This document shows positions 9,183 through 17,935 of a DNA stretch of 62,915 nt, piece after piece. This DNA comes from a virus (Duplodnaviria; Caudoviricetes). The notes beneath the pieces are model-generated. The model did not search any database and was not told the DNA's origin. It was given only the letters and a program-made list of their open reading frames with translations. The DNA lies in IMG/VR virus record IMGVR_UViG_3300033142_001753, positions 1 to 62,915 of that record. The stretch is one strand, 5' to 3'. Position 1 is the first letter of the stretch, and each line of letters begins with the position of its first letter. The position numbers were made by a program, and so were the translations under genes.

Positions 9183-9248
9183 CAGCGGGAGAGGGAATCG
9201 AACCCTCAGCGCACCGGGCCGGTTTGGTTTGCCTACCCATACCCCGCT
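9183..9248 (-). ncRNA. tRNA-like RNA with truncated anticodon arm
   Basis: Acceptor AGCGGGG/TCCCGCT; D-arm TGG-9-CCA; T-arm GAGGG-TTCGATT-CCCTC; the anticodon arm is only ACCGGCCCGGT (11 nt). Confidence 0.65.
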
Positions 9249-9254
9249 CATTGT

Positions 9255-9833
9255 TTATGGTTTTCTAATTTTAATAACCTGGCCAGTCTTTGAGCTATAT
9301 ATCACCTTTTCCTGCAAGATAAGATCCATCAGTTTTTGAGTGAGCCATACATCGGCCAAACAATAATCGACGAGCTTGCCGATTCTCCCTGCCTGATACC
9401 ATACCGGAGCCATAGCTCCATTGCCTGTTTTCCCTTTAGCCAGGCCATTTGCCCTGACCATGGCATCAAGGCTACACCACCCGCCGCCAGCGGCCAGGAT
9501 CTCTGCAAGAATATCGTAGGATTTGTCGTTGAGCCACTCAAGAGTTTGTTCGACGGTGATGAGTCCATTAATGGCATAAGCCAGGACTTTGTTGTCAAAA
9601 CCGATGTTATTAAATCCTACAATAACATCACGGCTCTCAACAAGTAATGCAAAGTCCTGTATATTGTCCTCCATGAAGACCCGGTGCCTGTTTTCTCTGA
9701 AATCGTAACAACAGACACAAGATATTCCCATCCCCGCTGAATCGTGCCATCCTTCGCAATACCTAACGCCAGGTTGGGGTTCGTCGTTTTTGCCAAGGAT
9801 GGCTTTTTTAATTTCTATATCGTAAATTATCAC
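9255..9833 (-). CDS. RNase H-fold 3'-5' exonuclease (DEDD type)
   Basis: YDIE, VGFNNIGFD, YCLADV. Confidence 0.85.
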   Translation of the reverse strand: MIIYDIEIKKAILGKNDEPQPGVRYCEGWHDSAGMGISCVCCYDFRENRHRVFMEDNIQDFALLVESRDVIVGFNNIGFDNKVLAYAINGLITVEQTLEWLNDKSYDILAEILAAGGGWCSLDAMVRANGLAKGKTGNGAMAPVWYQAGRIGKLVDYCLADVWLTQKLMDLILQEKVIYSSKTGQVIKIRKP

Positions 9834-9834
9834 T

Positions 9835-10014
9835 TTATTTCTCCTTCACTAAATTAGGTGGTCCGTCGATTGGTATATTTCTTTTTGCATCGTCCCATCC
9901 GTCTACCCACAAACACTCGTCTTCGTAATCTTCATAAAATGGTATTTCTCCGCATCTCGAAGTACCTGCAAAATAAGCATCTCGTCCGGCATCATAAGAC
10001 CACTCTTCAGTCAT
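9835..10014 (-). CDS. Ribosome modulation factor (Rmf)-like small protein, 59 aa; absent from the ORF track
   Basis: SYDAGRDAYFAGTSR..IPFY......WVDGWDDA fits the Rmf pattern; TAATG coupling to the upstream gene. Confidence 0.55.
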   Translation of the reverse strand: MTEEWSYDAGRDAYFAGTSRCGEIPFYEDYEDECLWVDGWDDAKRNIPIDGPPNLVKEK

Positions 10015-10580
10015 TATTTTTTCCTAACCCCTACCCTATTCACAGTTCTGACCTTAATACCATCATTCTTCCCCGGGACATCCCCAGTCACCTCAAACAC
10101 TTCCTTGAGTACCGAAGTAAGGGACCTGCAGTTGACTGTCAGTTTTATTATTTCCTTAAACCCTGCATCCTTTATCCACTTATGTGCTGCCCCTGTTTCT
10201 GCAGCATCGACCGTAGCATATGAATCGACTTTCCGAAAATAGGTCCACCCCTTAGAGCTAAAGGAATCCATCTCAAGACCCTCAAGCACACCAAAGAGTG
10301 TAGCCTCTTGTTCAGCTAACTTTGTCTTGCGGGCCTTGATTTTGTTTTCAGCGGCCTTGATGCTTCTCTTTTCTTCGCCATACTCCTCAGCGAGTTTTAT
10401 CATCTCGACAGGTAAGGCCTCCTCTTGTGATTCATTAAAAAAGCCATCGAGGTCATGTAATGATATCCCTACATTAGGAACGACAGTACCCGATGGTTCG
10501 GGATACTCAGGTAGAGGCTCCCTCCTCTCTGGCTTACAATCTGTTAGTGGTATCGATTCCATATCTTTAAATTCTAACAT
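10014..10580 (-). CDS. Conserved phage replication-module protein (coiled coil)
   Basis: Coiled-coil N-half; WIKDAGFKEIIKLTVN motif. Confidence 0.7.
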   Translation of the reverse strand: MLEFKDMESIPLTDCKPERREPLPEYPEPSGTVVPNVGISLHDLDGFFNESQEEALPVEMIKLAEEYGEEKRSIKAAENKIKARKTKLAEQEATLFGVLEGLEMDSFSSKGWTYFRKVDSYATVDAAETGAAHKWIKDAGFKEIIKLTVNCRSLTSVLKEVFEVTGDVPGKNDGIKVRTVNRVGVRKK

Positions 10581-10592
10581 TTTTGCCCCCTA

Positions 10593-10620
10593 TGTTACCA
10601 CTTATTAATAAATGGTAACA
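10593..10620. promoter_or_regulatory. 28-bp near-perfect palindrome (operator or hairpin)
   Basis: TGTTACCACTTATTAATAAATGGTAACA, one mismatch; intergenic. Confidence 0.5.
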
Positions 10621-10640
10621 CCTTGTCTTTTCATATCCTA

Positions 10641-12038
10641 TTACAGAACGCTTTTTTGATCTTCGTAGCTATCAACAACCCTGCTTTCTCTCAACAGTAT
10701 ACAGCTATCGCCGGCCTTTTTCTCTGTACCGACCATCTCTGCCACAACTTGGAACCCTGCCTCAACTAATTCTGCAAAAAGCTTTTCCCTATTTACCTCA
10801 TCTATACTCTGTGCGTCAGGTACGAAAATGTACTTCAATTCTGGATTAGTGGCAGCGGCCATCTTAATACCGGCTCTCAAGATCTCGCCCTTCGAAAAAT
10901 AGGTTTTGTTGAATGACCGGCCATCGACCTCTAGTTCACCTTTTTCATTTATAGTAATATTCGAGAATGGCAGGTTGCAGGACTTGAGGTATTCAATACG
11001 ATCTTTTTCAAGAGCCTGGTATTCGCAGTCTTTTTGGTCATGCAGCACGACAGCCTCAGCATGTCTTTTATTTGCTACAGTATATGCTGTCCATACGGCT
11101 GCTTCCTTATTTTGCTCTTGTGCCCTCGTTATAGCCTCTACTATATCACTTGTATCAGTTTTTTCTACTTCCGGCATAGGAATATCGGTTTCCATCGGCG
11201 CAGCTACGACAGGAAGCTCCTCTAATGAAGACTCCTGTACCTTTATTTTCGTTGCAGTAATTGCAATTTCATCATTAAGTTGAGCTACCTTGTTTTCCAT
11301 TACCTTAATATTGTACTCACATATATCCCTTCTGCGCTGTATACTATTCTGCTCTTTATTGTGAGCAATAGCCTTTTGGTACAGCTCTTCTCTGTGCTCC
11401 CTGGCTGAGTTTAAGGCCACCTCATTCTTTTTGTCGATAGCAACTTTTCTGTTAAGGAGTTCCTGCACATCAACGGAATCCGCCTTCGTCATTTCGCCAT
11501 AGTCGTGTAATATACTCAGGGCTTGTTTTACGTCATATCCCAATTCTCGCCTTTGGTTGTAGACTACCTTTTTTCGAGCATCAATTTCTGCCGTATCAAT
11601 ACCGAGTACCGTAGCCTGCTCCTTTGGTGTAAGTTGAGCAAACCCCTCTGGATTGATGGAGAAAATATTGAAAATTTTATCCACGAAGTCGGGGCCAAGG
11701 TCCCGGCCATCGGAAGCAGCAACGCTTAAGGTAGTAGCTCCTTTTGTCATCTTGCGCTGGAGGAAGATGTCGATATTTTCTTTCTCGTCATGGAGAGTAA
11801 TTTGACCTACAGCAGACTTGCCATATTTTCCGATAAAACGGAAGCGGTCTGCATGGAGTACCTTCTTACCAGTCTTTGCTATCCCCTCCAAGATAAACCA
11901 TATAGCATTTAAGCCACAAGTTGTTTTACCTGATCCATTCTCGCCCACTAGATAGGTGACCTGGTCCTTAAAGTCAATCTTTAATTCATTTACTGTTGCA
12001 AAATTCTTTAACAAAATTTGTTTGATTTTTAAATCCAT
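10641..12038 (-). CDS. Rad50/SbcC-like ATPase with coiled coil
   Basis: LKNF, GENGSGKT Walker A, long coiled coil, FSKGE signature-like motif; start at MDLKIK. Confidence 0.8.
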   Translation of the reverse strand: MDLKIKQILLKNFATVNELKIDFKDQVTYLVGENGSGKTTCGLNAIWFILEGIAKTGKKVLHADRFRFIGKYGKSAVGQITLHDEKENIDIFLQRKMTKGATTLSVAASDGRDLGPDFVDKIFNIFSINPEGFAQLTPKEQATVLGIDTAEIDARKKVVYNQRRELGYDVKQALSILHDYGEMTKADSVDVQELLNRKVAIDKKNEVALNSAREHREELYQKAIAHNKEQNSIQRRRDICEYNIKVMENKVAQLNDEIAITATKIKVQESSLEELPVVAAPMETDIPMPEVEKTDTSDIVEAITRAQEQNKEAAVWTAYTVANKRHAEAVVLHDQKDCEYQALEKDRIEYLKSCNLPFSNITINEKGELEVDGRSFNKTYFSKGEILRAGIKMAAATNPELKYIFVPDAQSIDEVNREKLFAELVEAGFQVVAEMVGTEKKAGDSCILLRESRVVDSYEDQKSVL

Positions 12039-12051
12039 AACTTTCACCCCT

Positions 12052-12309
12052 TTAGCATGCATTATAGGAAGCACAAATAATCCCCTCAGGTATACCACTG
12101 CTCGCTACGCCTATTTCTTCAACCACTACATCTTTGGCATCACACCATGTAGACGGATACACCGCACACTCCCTCCCTTCCCAGTCGTCACTCTCCCCAG
12201 GGTGTATCATTCTAGCCTCATCCTCAGAAGCAGCACACACAATAGCAGAATCAAGGATACCATATCCGCAGTTAATGGTTTGTGAAATTAAATATAAATT
12301 TATGACCAC
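12052..12309 (-). CDS. Hypothetical phage protein
   Basis: DSAIVCAASEDEARMIHP...ICASYNA, a recurrent phage family pattern. Confidence 0.75.
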   Translation of the reverse strand: MVINLYLISQTINCGYGILDSAIVCAASEDEARMIHPGESDDWEGRECAVYPSTWCDAKDVVVEEIGVASSGIPEGIICASYNAC

Positions 12310-12315
12310 TCCCCC

Positions 12316-12546
12316 CTATTCGTTGAGTATACTTTTCTCAACCCTCACAGAATCACCTTCGACTCCGTAATTTGCCAAGTATATCCAATTTTCATTCTTC
12401 ATTTCTTTTGTTAATTCTTGCTCAATAAGATCATAACTTTCAGGCACAAATTCTCTCGCATATTCTATTGCACTATCCGATGATAAAAATACCTCAACGA
12501 CTTCGTCAACATGATGGTCACAACAAATTGCAATATAAATTTTCAC
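12316..12546 (-). CDS. Hypothetical protein
   Basis: AAGGAG RBS, GTG start. Confidence 0.7.
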   Translation of the reverse strand: MKIYIAICCDHHVDEVVEVFLSSDSAIEYAREFVPESYDLIEQELTKEMKNENWIYLANYGVEGDSVRVEKSILNE

Positions 12547-12567
12547 TGTATCTCCTTATTAAGTGCT

Positions 12568-12595
12568 ATTATACACCATCTACGGGGTTTTGCAA
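12568..12595 (-). promoter_or_regulatory. Sigma70-like promoter
   Basis: TTGCAA-16-TATAAT. Confidence 0.55.
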
Positions 12596-12598
12596 GGA

Positions 12599-14233
12599 TT
12601 ATTTTTTGAGGTAATTCAGGATAGCCATACTAACATCTTTTTTATTTTTTACAGCTTCCAGGATAACCGGGTCTAGAGTTTTGTCAGCCAGGAGGTAGTA
12701 ATAGGAACATTTAGTCTTTTGTCCTTGCCTATATATCCTGTCCTTCAACTGCTTGGCATTATCATAACTGTAAGAATTGCTATAACAGATACTCTCACTA
12801 CAATTAACCAAAGTATGGCCAAAACCTACACTCTTAGGGTGACAAATGGCGTACTGCAGGTTACCAGCTTTGAAGGATTTTAGTGTTTTTTGTTTTTCAT
12901 TCTCCGGTACTGTACCATTCAATACGCCACACCCAAGCCTTTTCTTTTTTAAAGCTTCTGAGATAATTCTTGCCTCTTCCTGAAATTCTATCCAAATTAG
13001 GACCTGCTTAGGCCCTATATCCTCAAGGAGAGACAAGAGTTCGTTGAGTTTTGTGTTTCCTAAATGGTGGGCTTTTGTTGTCTTCTTTATTCTGCCACTT
13101 TTTTCTTCAGTTGTTGTATCAAGGATAAAGCCACTCGATATCTGCCGGAGCTTCATTTGAGCCGTTACCGCACTTGGACTCGTAATCTTCTCGCCACTTT
13201 CCAGGATAGTTATTAAATTTGCCTTAATATCCCTGTAGTGTGTCCACTCCTTCTCAGATAGCTTAAAAATCCTCTTCGATTCAACAGTACCGGGCAGATC
13301 TATGACATCCTCTTTATCTACATATTCAGCTACAGACCTAATGTCCTCTACAAGCTTTTTCTTGTATTCTTCCCTCACCTTCCAGGTATAACCGCCGTAC
13401 CCCGAGGGTAAAAAATATTTTGTACGGAATTTGTAAAACGACTTGCCCCACAACAGGGGATCAAGTATCCTAATCTGCGTCCAGTATTCGAGCATATTAT
13501 TCGGGGCCGGAACTCCAGATAGCTCATAGACATATTTTACTGTATCGCAGAATTCAATCACCTTATCGGCGGTATTGCCTCGCTTAAAAGTGCGAATCCT
13601 TGCGCTTTCATCAAGGACAACTACTTTGTATCCTGCTCTCCCTAGTTTTTTGTCGATAGTTCTGAAAGATTCATAGTTAATGATACCAATATCTTTTTCG
13701 AGTGCCTTATTGAATGCCCCCGGACTCCTCTTTTTTGCTGCCCGCAGATTGACAACATCAAAGGCCCTGTATTGATCCTGGATTGTTTTAATTTCAGGTG
13801 ACGGATTTTTTATCCATGCCAAGGGGTTGTTGATTTCTTCCAACCAGGCGCCCTCTATGAGTGACAGAGGGCAGATGATTAAAGTTTTTACTTTATGATA
13901 TCGATATATCTCTAATGACAATAATGTCTTGCCAACCCCAGTGTCATGGTATATACCCATCCTATCCTGCCGCGCAGCCCTTCTTAATGCCGTTTTTTGA
14001 TGATCCATTAAGAAAGACGGAACAACAAGCTCCCTAGTTTCTTCTCTCGGTTCGGGAGGTAATACGCCGGGGAAAAGGCGGTTCAAGCAAATTCGGTTCA
14101 TGTAAACATCTTCGGTGGACCACTCTTTTTTTATCTTACTGAATTTCATCGCCATGTTTTGGCAGTGTTTAACTTTTTCCTTATCATAAGGAAATTTTAA
14201 TATCAGTCGATTTTTTTCTCTTCTTAATTGCAT
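12599..14233 (-). CDS. SNF2-family (SF2) helicase
   Basis: DTGVGKT, LIICP, VLDES, LSGVP, KLRQISSGF, DRIYRQGQ. Confidence 0.92.
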   Translation of the reverse strand: MQLRREKNRLILKFPYDKEKVKHCQNMAMKFSKIKKEWSTEDVYMNRICLNRLFPGVLPPEPREETRELVVPSFLMDHQKTALRRAARQDRMGIYHDTGVGKTLLSLEIYRYHKVKTLIICPLSLIEGAWLEEINNPLAWIKNPSPEIKTIQDQYRAFDVVNLRAAKKRSPGAFNKALEKDIGIINYESFRTIDKKLGRAGYKVVVLDESARIRTFKRGNTADKVIEFCDTVKYVYELSGVPAPNNMLEYWTQIRILDPLLWGKSFYKFRTKYFLPSGYGGYTWKVREEYKKKLVEDIRSVAEYVDKEDVIDLPGTVESKRIFKLSEKEWTHYRDIKANLITILESGEKITSPSAVTAQMKLRQISSGFILDTTTEEKSGRIKKTTKAHHLGNTKLNELLSLLEDIGPKQVLIWIEFQEEARIISEALKKKRLGCGVLNGTVPENEKQKTLKSFKAGNLQYAICHPKSVGFGHTLVNCSESICYSNSYSYDNAKQLKDRIYRQGQKTKCSYYYLLADKTLDPVILEAVKNKKDVSMAILNYLKK

Positions 14234-14712
14234 AGCGGTTCCTTAATAAAATTAAATATCCACCCCCTATGGGATGACTGATTACCTCGAAGGCAACGCG
14301 AAATACACACATTACATAATCCATGCTGTCTAGCAAATTCACACTGATTATTTTTTTTGTATATTTCACCTGTTTTTTTATTTAAAGCACAAAACCACTT
14401 CATATCCCTCTTATTCCCTTCCTGTTCAAGCCAACTCGCCCACTTACAATTCTCGGGCTCATAGTTACCGTTATTATTGATACGTTCTAATGTTAATCCA
14501 CCAGGTTTCTCTCCCATATCTTTCAAGAAAACACTGAAAGATTTTAACCATTTATCACATACCTTAATACCACGGCCACCATAATTTTTGTAAGCATGGC
14601 TTTTAGGATTCAGGCAGCGGGCTTTCATGTTACTCCATGCAATATATTCTGATGTAGATTTACTATATGAACAATTACCGTGACTTTCTGTAAGGCATCC
14701 ACAAGATTGCAC
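14224..14712 (-). CDS. HNH-type homing endonuclease-like protein
   Basis: SCGC, WSNMKARC, YGGRGIKVC, LERINNNGNYEPENCKWAS. Confidence 0.85.
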   Translation of the reverse strand: MQSCGCLTESHGNCSYSKSTSEYIAWSNMKARCLNPKSHAYKNYGGRGIKVCDKWLKSFSVFLKDMGEKPGGLTLERINNNGNYEPENCKWASWLEQEGNKRDMKWFCALNKKTGEIYKKNNQCEFARQHGLCNVCISRCLRGNQSSHRGWIFNFIKEPLCN

Positions 14713-14729
14713 CTCCTATAATTCACAAC

Positions 14730-14758
14730 ATTCTACTACCACCCCATCATCAAGTCAA
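14730..14758 (-). promoter_or_regulatory. Leftward promoter of divergent pair
   Basis: TTGACT-17-TAGAAT. Confidence 0.7.
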
Positions 14759-14771
14759 GGTCTTGTCCATC

Positions 14772-14809
14772 ACACTATAGTTGACGTCCAGGCAATTATA
14801 GTGTAAAAT
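14772..14809 (+). promoter_or_regulatory. Rightward promoter overlapped by an inverted repeat (operator)
   Basis: TTGACG-17-TAAAAT at 14781-14809; ACACTATAGTTG...CAATTATAGTGT. Confidence 0.7.
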
Positions 14810-14830
14810 ATTTGGCTGAGGTGCAAAAAA

Positions 14831-15199
14831 ATGCCAAAAAAAAGATCATTGATACCTCTATTACCAGGGGTGATGAACTTCCATTTAAATGACGACGACC
14901 GCCTGGAAGCCAAGATCCAATGTAGTATCATGAATTTCTTGAAAACTGTTCCCTTTTCAAATCTTGCTAAAATAGCTCAAGGTCCGTGGAGCAAGGACGG
15001 AGTATCCGATATTGTGGGCTGTTATTATGGTAGGTCCCTGGTTATGGAAGTAAAGCGCAGAACAACGGAGCCTACTCCTCTGCAAGTTGAATATCTCAAT
15101 AATAACGTTGAAGCCCTGGGCTTCAGTGCTGTAGTTCGGTCCGTGGCTGATGTTAGGGAAATGCTAGGTGTAGTAAGGGAACAGCTTTGCATCCAATAA
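14831..15199 (+). CDS. VRR-NUC (PD-(D/E)xK) nuclease / resolvase
   Basis: EAKIQ, GVSDI, MEVK, PTPLQ, VVRSV. Confidence 0.88.
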   Translation: MPKKRSLIPLLPGVMNFHLNDDDRLEAKIQCSIMNFLKTVPFSNLAKIAQGPWSKDGVSDIVGCYYGRSLVMEVKRRTTEPTPLQVEYLNNNVEALGFSAVVRSVADVREMLGVVREQLCIQ

Positions 15200-15993
15200 C
15201 TTTTGGCAGCCTGTTCTCTGGCATAGGTGGTTTCGATCTTGGCCTCGAAAGGGCAGGTATGACCTGCAAGTGGCAATCCGAGATTGATCCTTTTTGTAAT
15301 AAAGTACTCGCCAAGCACTGGCCTACGGTAAAAAGATATGGTAACATTAAGGAAATCGGAAAGCATAACCTCGAATCAGTTGACCTTATTTGCGGAGGAT
15401 TCCCTTGCCAGCCATTCAGCGTTGCCGGGAAACAGAGAGGCTCGGAGGATAACCGCTATCTCTGGCCGGAAATGCTTAGGGTTATTACGGAACTTAACCC
15501 CCATTGGATCATTGGTGAGAATGTGCCTGGAATCATCCCTTTGGAACTCGACAAAGTGCTTTCTGACCTGGAAGGTGAGGGGTACGAAACACAGACGCTT
15601 ATTATTCCAGCTTGCGCCGTCGATGCCCTCCACAGAAGGGATAGGGTCTGGATTTTGGGCTACTCCGCAGAGCAGGGCAGACAGCCGAAGCGAGGGCGGG
15701 GAAAAGAGCAGAAGTGGAAGACAAATCAATTTACATCATCAAGTCAAGATGCTACCAACGCCAAGCGCATCTATGATGACAGCACAGGATATGGAGCAGG
15801 CAAAGACGGCTGGCAACAGTCCAAAGAGACCAAAATATTCAGAAACGGGTATAAGTGGTTCCCTGAACCCTCAGTGGGTAGAGTGGCTGATGGGGTTCCC
15901 CGAAGGGTGGACAGACTTAGATCGTTAGGAAATGCTGTAGTCCCCCAAGTAGTTGAAGTTATAGGACGATTCATTATGAAAATAGAGGATTAA
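15187..15993 (+). CDS. C5 cytosine DNA methyltransferase, large (alpha) subunit
   Basis: Motifs I SLFSGIGG, IV GGFPCQPFS, VI ENVPG, VIII HRRDRVW, X LGNAVVP; no motif IX. Confidence 0.93.
   Translation: MHPITFGSLFSGIGGFDLGLERAGMTCKWQSEIDPFCNKVLAKHWPTVKRYGNIKEIGKHNLESVDLICGGFPCQPFSVAGKQRGSEDNRYLWPEMLRVITELNPHWIIGENVPGIIPLELDKVLSDLEGEGYETQTLIIPACAVDALHRRDRVWILGYSAEQGRQPKRGRGKEQKWKTNQFTSSSQDATNAKRIYDDSTGYGAGKDGWQQSKETKIFRNGYKWFPEPSVGRVADGVPRRVDRLRSLGNAVVPQVVEVIGRFIMKIED
15338..15928 (+). CDS. C5 methyltransferase small (beta) subunit nested in the +1 frame
   Basis: 196-aa open frame with WATP/LPTP and the motif IX-like LNPQWVEWLMGFPEGWT. Confidence 0.8.
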   Translation: MVTLRKSESITSNQLTLFAEDSLASHSALPGNREARRITAISGRKCLGLLRNLTPIGSLVRMCLESSLWNSTKCFLTWKVRGTKHRRLLFQLAPSMPSTEGIGSGFWATPQSRADSRSEGGEKSRSGRQINLHHQVKMLPTPSASMMTAQDMEQAKTAGNSPKRPKYSETGISGSLNPQWVEWLMGFPEGWTDLDR

Positions 15994-15995
15994 AC

Positions 15996-16157
15996 ATGAG
16001 TTTTGATACTATTCCCGAGGACGCTAGAGAAGGTTACCCCTGCGAATGTGGCGGGAGCATTACCTTGACAGATGGAAAATGGTGCTGCGATTCCTGTGAT
16101 TTTGAAAAACCTAACAAGGAAAGCATACGTAAAGCGACAAGCACAACGGAGAATTAA
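15996..16157 (+). CDS. Small zinc-ribbon protein (53 aa)
   Basis: GAGG RBS; CECGG...WCCDSC. Confidence 0.65.
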   Translation: MSFDTIPEDAREGYPCECGGSITLTDGKWCCDSCDFEKPNKESIRKATSTTEN

Positions 16158-16162
16158 AAGAT

Positions 16163-16417
16163 ATGAGTAATATGCTATTTATAGGCGGCACTAGAGACAA
16201 GCAAAAACTATATGTACCCTACAATAATGGCAATCCTGTCCTTAAAATTTCAATACCGGCCGATAAAAATATTAATGGTTTCGCTGTTTATGAAGCTGAA
16301 ATATATATCAAAAAAGAAATATGGGAGAAAAAGCAGCACATTTTTTCTGTTATGGTGAAAGACGGATCAGGGGAGTTATTGAATATTTTTTTAGATGAAT
16401 ACAACAAAAGGAATTAA
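16163..16417 (+). CDS. Hypothetical protein
   Basis: GGAG RBS; packed in the operon. Confidence 0.65.
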   Translation: MSNMLFIGGTRDKQKLYVPYNNGNPVLKISIPADKNINGFAVYEAEIYIKKEIWEKKQHIFSVMVKDGSGELLNIFLDEYNKRN

Positions 16418-16419
16418 AT

Positions 16420-17829
16420 ATGAGGGTACTAGAAGCCGCTCTGCGGTATAGAGAACTTGGATGGTCCGTTATTCCCATGAAGACAGGAAAGAATGAAGAG
16501 ACCGGCAAAGATGAAAAAAAGGTTCCTCATGTAAAGTGGAAAAAATATCAAACCGAACTTCCGAGTGAAGGTGATCTAAGATATTGGTTCGGCAAAAAAT
16601 GGCCAGATGCTAACATAGCCCTAATATGTGGTGAAGTAAGCGGAGTATTTGCTATCGACTTCGATAGTCGAAAGGCCCTAGAACATTATAAGGCTGTCTA
16701 TGATCCCGATGTCGAAGATACTATGTGCCAGACTACCGGAAGAGATGGTACAGGATTACATGCTCTATTCCATACAGTAGGCCATAGTATTCCACTGGTT
16801 CAACCCATACTAGAAAAGACTGATCTTAAGGGCGAGGGATCATATATAATAATTGAACCATCGGTCCATGAATCCGGCAGGCATTATAAATGGGGACACC
16901 TGAATCCTCTAACAGACGGTACCACGGATGTCCTGGATCCTCCAAGTGGATTTTTTAATATGCTACAGGATCACGAAAAGAGGAAGGAAGAAAAGGAGAA
17001 AGGAAAAAACGCCACACTAGGGGTTACTAAAAAAATAGGCAAAAATTCCGAAGGCTGGGAACAAGAAATTCTTATGGGCGTTACCGAGGGAGAAAGAGAC
17101 AACGCCGCCGCCAAGCTCGCCGGCCTATATCTCGCAAAAGATTATGAACAAAAAGATACCATGTCCTTACTATTAGGGTGGAACGAAAGAAATGTACCAC
17201 CTCTAAGCGAAAAGGATATCAAGAAGGTTGTACGGTCAATCTACGGTGAGCATGCCAAGGAGGCCGCGAGAGGAATTAGTGAAGCAGTTGAGAAAATAAC
17301 TATCCTACGATACCCAGACGGCAAAAATAAATATAAGATGTCGCTCGGACAAGGGCGGTCCTGTATGTTGACTATGGAAGATTTGTTGTCAAGCAGGCGA
17401 ACCACTGTAAGAATCGCTGATACCACAAGGGCTGTTTTTTATCCACCGAAACAGGGCAAATGGCTGGCCCTGGTCCAAATCTGGCTAAATGCAGCCGAAG
17501 AGAAAATTATTAGTGTTGAGGAATCGGAGCTCGGGGTTATTAAGGAAATTATTGCGGAATGGCTTGTCCAGTGGATAAGGCAAAAAGACTCAGAGCATAT
17601 TGATCATTCAGCCATGCTAAAGAATTGCTGTATCGTCCAGGACGGTAAACTTTACTTTACCCTACATCATATAGAAGAAGACCTAAGATTTAAAAATATC
17701 CGCATGACCCGTACCATGTTGTGTGAACTACTTCGGAGCTTGGGAGCCGGGGTCACTGAGCCTAGAGTACGTTTTGGAAAATCAAGGAGTCGCACCTGGG
17801 ATATAATGGAAGACTATTTTGAAAAATAG
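16420..17829 (+). CDS. Bifunctional primase-polymerase (Prim-Pol) with PriCT domain
   Basis: GWSVIP, NIALICG, AIDFD, GLH, DLKGEGSYII.PSVH, EGERDNA. Confidence 0.9.
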   Translation: MRVLEAALRYRELGWSVIPMKTGKNEETGKDEKKVPHVKWKKYQTELPSEGDLRYWFGKKWPDANIALICGEVSGVFAIDFDSRKALEHYKAVYDPDVEDTMCQTTGRDGTGLHALFHTVGHSIPLVQPILEKTDLKGEGSYIIIEPSVHESGRHYKWGHLNPLTDGTTDVLDPPSGFFNMLQDHEKRKEEKEKGKNATLGVTKKIGKNSEGWEQEILMGVTEGERDNAAAKLAGLYLAKDYEQKDTMSLLLGWNERNVPPLSEKDIKKVVRSIYGEHAKEAARGISEAVEKITILRYPDGKNKYKMSLGQGRSCMLTMEDLLSSRRTTVRIADTTRAVFYPPKQGKWLALVQIWLNAAEEKIISVEESELGVIKEIIAEWLVQWIRQKDSEHIDHSAMLKNCCIVQDGKLYFTLHHIEEDLRFKNIRMTRTMLCELLRSLGAGVTEPRVRFGKSRSRTWDIMEDYFEK

Positions 17830-17935
17830 CCTTATATATAGGGGACTTATAGTTTATTCTTCTCCACACGTAATGTTGCTACAAATGACCCACTACTCCT
17901 GGACTAGTGGGTCGTAAAATGTCCTTATATATAAA
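17822..17935. repeat. 114-bp exact direct repeat (other copy 62802-62915)
   Basis: aaaaatagccttatatataggggac...gtccttatatataaa is identical in both copies. Confidence 0.95.
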
